From positions 124,001 to 188,000 of the IMG/VR virus record IMGVR_UViG_3300031952_000001: a stretch of DNA of 64,000 bases. One strand, written 5' to 3'. The stretch's first letter is position 1; every line of letters begins with the position of its first letter. The translations under genes were made by a program, and so were the position numbers. Below are positions 59,761 to 64,000 of the stretch, in pieces. The notes beneath the pieces are model-generated. The model made no database searches. It was not told the DNA's origin and saw only the letters and a program-made list of their open reading frames with translations.

Positions 59761-59790
59761 TTAAAAATTCAACAGGTCTTGTAGTACGCT
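59760..59790 (+). promoter_or_regulatory. class 3 promoter
   Basis: TTTAAAAATTC...TAG-TACGCT. Confidence 0.6.
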
Positions 59791-59829
59791 GCGGTTGTGG
59801 GCAGAATACTGGATTCAGGAGACTCAACA

Positions 59830-60294
59830 ATGACCAAAGCCACAACCCCTTCGGACTCTCCCGTCGAGCTGGCCCCAGAAGGACTCAAGATTCGAGTTCG
59901 CTGGAAGTTCATCGTCTCTGTTCTCGGCTTCCTGCTGTGCGGGGGCAGCTTTGCCGGCGTGGCTGCGATGTTCAACGTCGGCACCAGCGTTGCCGACGAC
60001 TTCAGCACTTTCAAGTCCGAGCAGGGCTCTGCGCACCTGCACATCGACTCGGCTCTCGATTCTCAAGACTCGCGTGCGAAAGCGCAGGACGACAGGATCG
60101 AGGGTATCAGCAAGGTGGTCTCCTCCGTCCAGACGACGCAGCAGAGGGACGTTGCCCGTACAGAAGCTCGCCGGCTCACCGAAAAAATACAAAATCGAAT
60201 TGAGCGTGAAGAATCGTACGACCGCCTCTACGAGCTAAATCTCAAGCATTTACAACGTGGTGAGGACCCTTGCGGCACCGTGAGCTGTGATTAG
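59830..60294 (+). CDS. single-TM membrane protein with coiled coil (holin/spanin-like candidate)
   Basis: Hydrophobic FIVSVLGFLLCGGSFAGVAAMF followed by a helical region. Confidence 0.5.
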   Translation: MTKATTPSDSPVELAPEGLKIRVRWKFIVSVLGFLLCGGSFAGVAAMFNVGTSVADDFSTFKSEQGSAHLHIDSALDSQDSRAKAQDDRIEGISKVVSSVQTTQQRDVARTEARRLTEKIQNRIEREESYDRLYELNLKHLQRGEDPCGTVSCD

Positions 60295-60374
60295 CACCTT
60301 CGTTTTTGCCGATCATCTCCAGAGCAATCTCGTAACTTAAGATAGAGGGCATTTTTCGCCCAAAGGGAGGATCC

Positions 60375-61163
60375 GTGGAACTGACCACTCTCCAGCCGGC
60401 TTGCAAGATTTGCATCCTGATGCGGTTGGACAGCAACCTGTGGAAGGAGCTGCACCGCAAGGTCATCATCGAGCGGGTCAGCCGGGCGAAGGCGCTGACG
60501 TGGCTCAACCAGCGGGCGGAGATCCTGAACATCACCCGGGAGGAGAACAACTGGGAGCTGTTGCCGACGTTTTCCACCAACGGCATCGTCAAGCACTTCA
60601 AGATGCACATCACGGACTTCACCCAGGTCGAGGCGTACATCGCGGCTCAGAACATGTTCTCTCCCGAGGCTCGGGCGAACCCCGCGAAGATGGCGCTCCA
60701 GGCCTCGGCGGCATCGGAGATGGACGACTATCTCCGCCTGGAGTCCCTGATCTCCGCCTCGGTGGTGCAGCTCGAAAGCTACGAGAAGACCTTGTCCGCG
60801 GCGGCCAGGAAGAACCAGGGTGACGGCAAGTCGCCGCCCATCGTGAACCTGGAGGAGGTGAAGATTTTCCAGAAGCTGATCCGGGAGCAGATGGCGATGA
60901 AGAAGGAGCTGGCGGTCCTTCAGGCCAAGCAGGCGGTCGCCGGCACCGCCCTCCGGGACGCTCTGGAGCGGGTCGTTGAAGTTGTTATGAACGCAATTCA
61001 GGATTCCATGGTAGAATTGCGGTCGAACCTGCACCAGCAGTACGCGAACCCGGAGTGGGGCGAGAAGCTGGCGAGGATGGTGGCCTACAAGATCGGGGAG
61101 CCCTTGAAGGCGTCGATCCCCTCGATTTTGGACGAGGTCTACAAGAAGTACAAAATACGATGA
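60375..61163 (+). CDS. probable terminase small subunit
   Basis: Helical protein with CKIC...KHFKMH N-terminal motif, just upstream of the large terminase; function inferred from position. Confidence 0.45.
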   Translation: MELTTLQPACKICILMRLDSNLWKELHRKVIIERVSRAKALTWLNQRAEILNITREENNWELLPTFSTNGIVKHFKMHITDFTQVEAYIAAQNMFSPEARANPAKMALQASAASEMDDYLRLESLISASVVQLESYEKTLSAAARKNQGDGKSPPIVNLEEVKIFQKLIREQMAMKKELAVLQAKQAVAGTALRDALERVVEVVMNAIQDSMVELRSNLHQQYANPEWGEKLARMVAYKIGEPLKASIPSILDEVYKKYKIR

Positions 61164-61450
61164 GCCCAGTCACAAAGACCTTCACCCATGATCACGTCGT
61201 CCGCGACCCTGCGGGGAAACCGGTCGGCCGCGCGATCCTACTCAACGACAAGGGCTACACCGAGGGAGCCCCGCTTCCGGTGGCGGTCCTGCTCGTCCCG
61301 GTGACCGCGACGAAGAACATCCGGAGCTTCGTGTTCTACATCGACGGCATCGCGTACAGGATCCCGCAGGACACGCCTCAAGGGCGGATACTGCTCTCAG
61401 AGGGCATGCACAAGGTCAACCACGTTGTGCTCCAGAAAGTGAACCCGTAA
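61160..61450 (+). CDS. hypothetical protein
   Basis: ATGA and TAATG coupling to both neighbours. Confidence 0.65.
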   Translation: MSPVTKTFTHDHVVRDPAGKPVGRAILLNDKGYTEGAPLPVAVLLVPVTATKNIRSFVFYIDGIAYRIPQDTPQGRILLSEGMHKVNHVVLQKVNP

Positions 61451-63705
61451 TGGAGACCGGTTTTCTCGACAACATCGGCAAGAGGATCGACACTGCGCTG
61501 GAGTCGAGGACGTCGAGCGGCTTGACCGGTCCCGAGGTCGAGTACCTCCGCCGGCCGGCTCCGAACATCTGCGAGTGGGTGACCGGGCTCGACTACTGGA
61601 ACGTGCCCACGACGTTCGACCACACCCGCCAGTACCAGATCATGCGCGACCTGTTCGGGGTGCGCTGTCCGATCTGCAACTCGATGAAGCCCGAGGCGGT
61701 CGACTGCTGGGGCAAGAGCCGGATGTACCTGGAGTCCGAGGTGCTGCTCTGCTGGGTCGAGAGCGAGCAGGACTTCGTGTGCCCGCGGTGCGGCAGCACG
61801 CAGCGCGAGCTGCTCCACGACGGCATCCTCCAGGCCTACAACGAGACGATCATCCTGGCCGGCATGCGCTCGGGGAAATCGTACCTGGGCGCTCACATCG
61901 GAGGGTACTTCGAGAACTTCATATCGAGCCGGGCGATGTTCGGCCAGGGCCACCTCCAGAGGATGCTGAAGCAGGAGAAGAGCGAGTGGTTCGAGGTCAC
62001 CTTCTCCGCGTCGACCGCGACCCAGGCGCAGCAGACCATCTACGCCAAGTACCGCGAGATGCGGAAGAACTCTCCGTGGATTCAGCGCTACTCCTCGTGG
62101 GTCCAGGCCTTCGAGTCTCAGCAACCCTCGGAAGTCGACCGCTGGATGTACAACACCAACGCCGACGCCATCCTGGATGGCTGGGCGCGCGTGCGCTACA
62201 ACCGCATCGCTAGCGACTCGGCCGGTGTCGCCGGCAAGACGCGCATCATGGCGTCCATCGACGAGTGGGCTCGTCTCGCGGACACCGAGGGCAGCCGCTC
62301 CGCGAAGGAGCTGTACCGCGTGCTGAACCAGTCCCTCGCCACGGTCCGCGCCGCGGTGATGCAGAACGAGCTTCCGTCTTTCCTGGGGATGATGCTGAAC
62401 GTGACCTCGCCGATCTCGCAGGACGACCCGGCGATGGAGCACTACAACAAGGCGGCCGAGGGGATCCTGCCGAGGACGTACTACTGGAAGGGCGCGACCT
62501 GGGACTTCAACCCGCAGATGCCGCGGCACGTCTTCGACGACGACTACGTGAAGGACGCCATGGGCGCGGAGCGTGACTTCGGGGCGAACCCGCCGAACGC
62601 CGAGAGCCCCTACGTGGACGACCCGAAGCGTTTCTGGAAGAGCATCGACTTCGACCGCGACCCCATCGCCCGCTTCCGGCCCTCGTTCTTCGAGGACACG
62701 ACGGGCAAGAAGTACATCGGCATGGAGGTCGAGGAGTGCAAGCTGAACCACGTCAACCCCTACTACCTGTTCGGTGACGCCGGGCTCAACTGGGACTCGT
62801 TCGGGCTCGTCATGGCGCACTCCGAGTGGCTCAACGTGGACGACTTCGAGTCCGACGAGACTGGCCCCGACGGAGAGCCCCTCATTCGCCAGAGGGCTCC
62901 TGTGGGCCGCGGCAGGATGGAGCCTGTCGACGAGTACGGGGTCGTCTTCTCCGAGGACCTGGGGACGTTCCTCGGCGCGAACATGCCGGTCGGTGCCGAC
63001 GGCGACATGATCATGGAGGCTCAGAAGAACCGCCGCCGCATGGCGAACTACTTCACCGCCTCGAACAAGGCCGGCGCTCGTCCGTTCGATCACATGAACG
63101 AGATGCTGTGCACGGTGATCGACTTCTCCGTGCGCATCGTTCCGACCCGGGAGCGGGACATCTGGTTCAACTCGGTCGTGAACATCATCGCCGAGGTCCA
63201 GAAGAAGGTCCGGATCGCCGGGGTGGCGTTCGACCACTGGAACGCCGAGTCCACGATCCAGCAGCTCCGGACGATGGGCATCATCACGACGAAGGTCCAG
63301 CTCGGGCCGGTCCACTTCATGAACTTCCTGCGGATGACCTACAACGGCCGGGTGAAGCTCCTTCCGCCACATGCGGAGGACACCGTGGGCATCACGGACA
63401 CGGGGGCCCTCGTGATCGCGACCCCGCAGGAGCAGATGCAAGGGCAGTCCGTCGCGCTGGTCGAGCTGCTCAAGCTCACGCGGTCTCCGGACCTGAAGAA
63501 GTTCTTCAACCCGAAGAAGGGGACCGTCCGGGGTCGAGACTCGGACGATCTCGCGCGCTGCTACGTCGGCGTCCACCATCTCATCCAGGATTCTATTGTG
63601 GATTCTCAGGCAAATATGAAGAGAAAGATGAATATACGAAAGAGAATGGCTGCCACGGATACAAGCGCTCTAGGCTCTGTTGTCTCGGGGAGAGGTTCCT
63701 GGTAG
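61450..63705 (+). CDS. terL: terminase large subunit
   Basis: Walker A AGMRSGKS, Walker B ASIDEW, coupling motif VTSP, RNase H-type nuclease residues FGDAG...VAFDHWN...DSDDLA; N-terminal CPIC/CPRC zinc finger. Confidence 0.88.
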   Translation: METGFLDNIGKRIDTALESRTSSGLTGPEVEYLRRPAPNICEWVTGLDYWNVPTTFDHTRQYQIMRDLFGVRCPICNSMKPEAVDCWGKSRMYLESEVLLCWVESEQDFVCPRCGSTQRELLHDGILQAYNETIILAGMRSGKSYLGAHIGGYFENFISSRAMFGQGHLQRMLKQEKSEWFEVTFSASTATQAQQTIYAKYREMRKNSPWIQRYSSWVQAFESQQPSEVDRWMYNTNADAILDGWARVRYNRIASDSAGVAGKTRIMASIDEWARLADTEGSRSAKELYRVLNQSLATVRAAVMQNELPSFLGMMLNVTSPISQDDPAMEHYNKAAEGILPRTYYWKGATWDFNPQMPRHVFDDDYVKDAMGAERDFGANPPNAESPYVDDPKRFWKSIDFDRDPIARFRPSFFEDTTGKKYIGMEVEECKLNHVNPYYLFGDAGLNWDSFGLVMAHSEWLNVDDFESDETGPDGEPLIRQRAPVGRGRMEPVDEYGVVFSEDLGTFLGANMPVGADGDMIMEAQKNRRRMANYFTASNKAGARPFDHMNEMLCTVIDFSVRIVPTRERDIWFNSVVNIIAEVQKKVRIAGVAFDHWNAESTIQQLRTMGIITTKVQLGPVHFMNFLRMTYNGRVKLLPPHAEDTVGITDTGALVIATPQEQMQGQSVALVELLKLTRSPDLKKFFNPKKGTVRGRDSDDLARCYVGVHHLIQDSIVDSQANMKRKMNIRKRMAATDTSALGSVVSGRGSW

Positions 63706-63708
63706 TAA

Positions 63709-64000
63709 ATGCACCGTGCCTTCAAATTCCGACTCTTTACGAACTCCAATCAAGAGCGCGAACTCGGCGTCATGCTCGAAACGCACCGCCGACTCTACAA
63801 CCTCTGTTTGGAGCAACGGCGTGACCTCTACCGCCAGCACGGACATTCCGTCCGGTACATCGACCAGTCTGCGGAGTTCAAAGACCTGCGCAGCGACAAC
63901 GCCTACTTCGCGCGGATCAACTTCTCTTCGGCTCAGGCCACGATGCGCCGTCTCGACAAGTCGTTCGTCGCGTTTTTCCGTCGCGTGAAGGCCGGACAGA
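63709..64000 (+). mobile_element. tnpB: TnpB (IS200/IS605-family RNA-guided endonuclease), 5' part, truncated by the window end (not in ORF track)
   Basis: MHRAFKFRLFTNSNQERELGVMLETHRRLYNLCLEQRRDLY...QSAEFKDLR...SSAQATMRRLDKSFVAFFRRVKAG is a typical TnpB N-terminus. Confidence 0.9.

Noticed and set aside
43913-63579. Long antisense ORFs (43913-45901, 46547-48052, 49097-50155, 53078-54487, 56281-57666, 61378-63579, and similar ones at 13383, 25601, 31274)
   Set aside because: Shadow frames of high-GC3 genes on the opposite strand, with no motifs or RBS.
1-64000. Stop-codon reassignment (many genes end in TAG)
   Set aside because: Recognisable genes (terL, tmk, exonuclease, GHKL ATPase) are uninterrupted in the standard code, and TAG codons coincide with promoter or RBS boundaries.

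Overview
This window appears to be a 64-kb segment of a large, high-GC tailed dsDNA phage, possibly jumbo-sized. No integrase, host housekeeping operon, rRNA or CRISPR array is visible. (1) 1-8.9 kb is a probable early/host-takeover region. It is an array of small genes, most preceded by their own copy of a conserved promoter-leader repeat (TTGAC(A/C)-16 bp-TA(C/G/T)ATT; 16 copies here plus one solo copy at 31.4 kb). Cargo includes an Ocr-like acidic DNA mimic, a SEC-C mini-protein, a DUF4120-like protein and a D-arm-less tRNA-like RNA. (2) 8.9-10.7 kb is non-coding, with repeats, palindromes and a GATC cluster. (3) 10.7-41 kb holds many small hypothetical genes in divergent blocks driven by a second promoter class. 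Recognisable products are three paralogous wHTH proteins, an RHH protein, a DEDDh exonuclease, a GHKL ATPase with a HExxH motif, an XRE HTH, a ParB-like domain, thymidylate kinase, a LexA DNA-binding domain without its peptidase, and an ABC-type ATPase. (4) 41-57 kb encodes modular virion fibre/spike/decoration proteins behind a third, probably late, promoter class. Two paralogous proteins there are each followed at once by a triple hairpin array with identical architecture and compensatory stem changes; this is the best candidate for an undescribed protein plus structured-nucleic-acid system. (5) 58.9-59.8 kb is a second repeat-rich non-coding block, followed by a probable small terminase, the large terminase and a TnpB truncated by the window end. 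Family assignments are from motif recognition by eye, not database searches.
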